This document shows, piece by piece, positions 34,711 through 35,012 of a DNA stretch of 35,012 nucleotides. The translations under genes and the position numbers were made by a program. How positions within the stretch are numbered: position 1 is the first letter of the stretch; every line of letters begins with the position of its first letter. Location: positions 1 through 35,012 of the forward strand of contig JASFQN010000003.1 of assembly GCA_050115425.1 (NCBI GenBank), written 5' to 3'. The stretch comes from Gammaproteobacteria bacterium. GTDB lineage: Bacteria; Pseudomonadota; Gammaproteobacteria; Natronospirales; JASFQN01. Under the pieces are notes generated by a model. That model had not been told where the DNA came from. It was given only the letters and a program-made list of their open reading frames with translations, and searched no databases.

Positions 34711-34989
34711 ATGAAACATGCCACTCACCATGATCAGACCGCGCGTCTCAAGCGCATTCAGGGTCAGGTTTCAGGCCTGATCCGCATGGTCGAGGAAGAA
34801 CGCTACTGCGTGGATATCCTCACCCAGATTCGGGCGGTTCGCGCGGCGCTGCGCAAAGTCGAAGAGCAGATCCTGCGCGAACACGTGGAACACTGCGTGG
34901 GCGACGCGCTGCGTGCCAATGAAGGCGACGAGGCGCGCCGCAAGGTGGACGAACTCTTCGACGTCCTCAACCGCTTTACCCCCCAGTAG
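34711..34989 (+). CDS. csoR: CsoR/RcnR-family metal-sensing repressor
   Basis: RLKRIQGQVSGLIRMVEEERYCVDILTQI..EHVEHCV with C-H-C metal ligands. Start at ATG 34711. Confidence 0.9.
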   Translation: MKHATHHDQTARLKRIQGQVSGLIRMVEEERYCVDILTQIRAVRAALRKVEEQILREHVEHCVGDALRANEGDEARRKVDELFDVLNRFTPQ

Positions 34990-35012
34990 ACACCTCGGCA
35001 GGGGCGGCCCGG

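Noticed and set aside
1-35012. Mobile element, CRISPR, tRNA or rRNA
   Set aside because: No integrase or transposase motifs, repeat-spacer arrays or RNA gene signatures were seen. Horizontal origin of the island cannot be shown from this window.

Overview
GC-rich, probably gammaproteobacterial window (inference) that is almost entirely an energy-metabolism island of five tightly packed transcription units. (1) mtrC-mtrA-mtrB (minus strand; mtrB runs off the left edge), a porin-cytochrome extracellular electron conduit. (2) A divergent diheme periplasmic cytochrome c, a NapC/CymA-type tetraheme quinol dehydrogenase and a Coq10/RatA START protein. (3) A group 1e-type [NiFe]-hydrogenase operon (hupD-hupH-hydS-isp1-isp2-hydL) extended by a NiCoT nickel permease, a WrbA-like flavodoxin and a MenA-like prenyltransferase. 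(4) A divergent hypABCD-hypX-hypFE operon ending in a second, very different MenA-like gene. (5) A nine-gene V/A-type ATPase operon (G-C-I-K-F-E-A-B-D) extended by a NOX/ferric-reductase-like flavocytochrome b and a cytochrome b5-like protein. Four FNR-type boxes (TTGAY-N4-RTCAA-like) lie in the three promoter regions that serve all five units, three of them at class II spacing from a plausible -10. The window ends with an MFS transporter, a His-tailed monoheme cytochrome c and a probably leaderless, autoregulated csoR-family gene. Main hypothesis: an FNR-coordinated module that couples H2 oxidation, through a (mena)quinone pool, to MtrCAB extracellular respiration and has its own rotary ATPase. 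No rRNA, tRNA, CRISPR or mobile element was seen.
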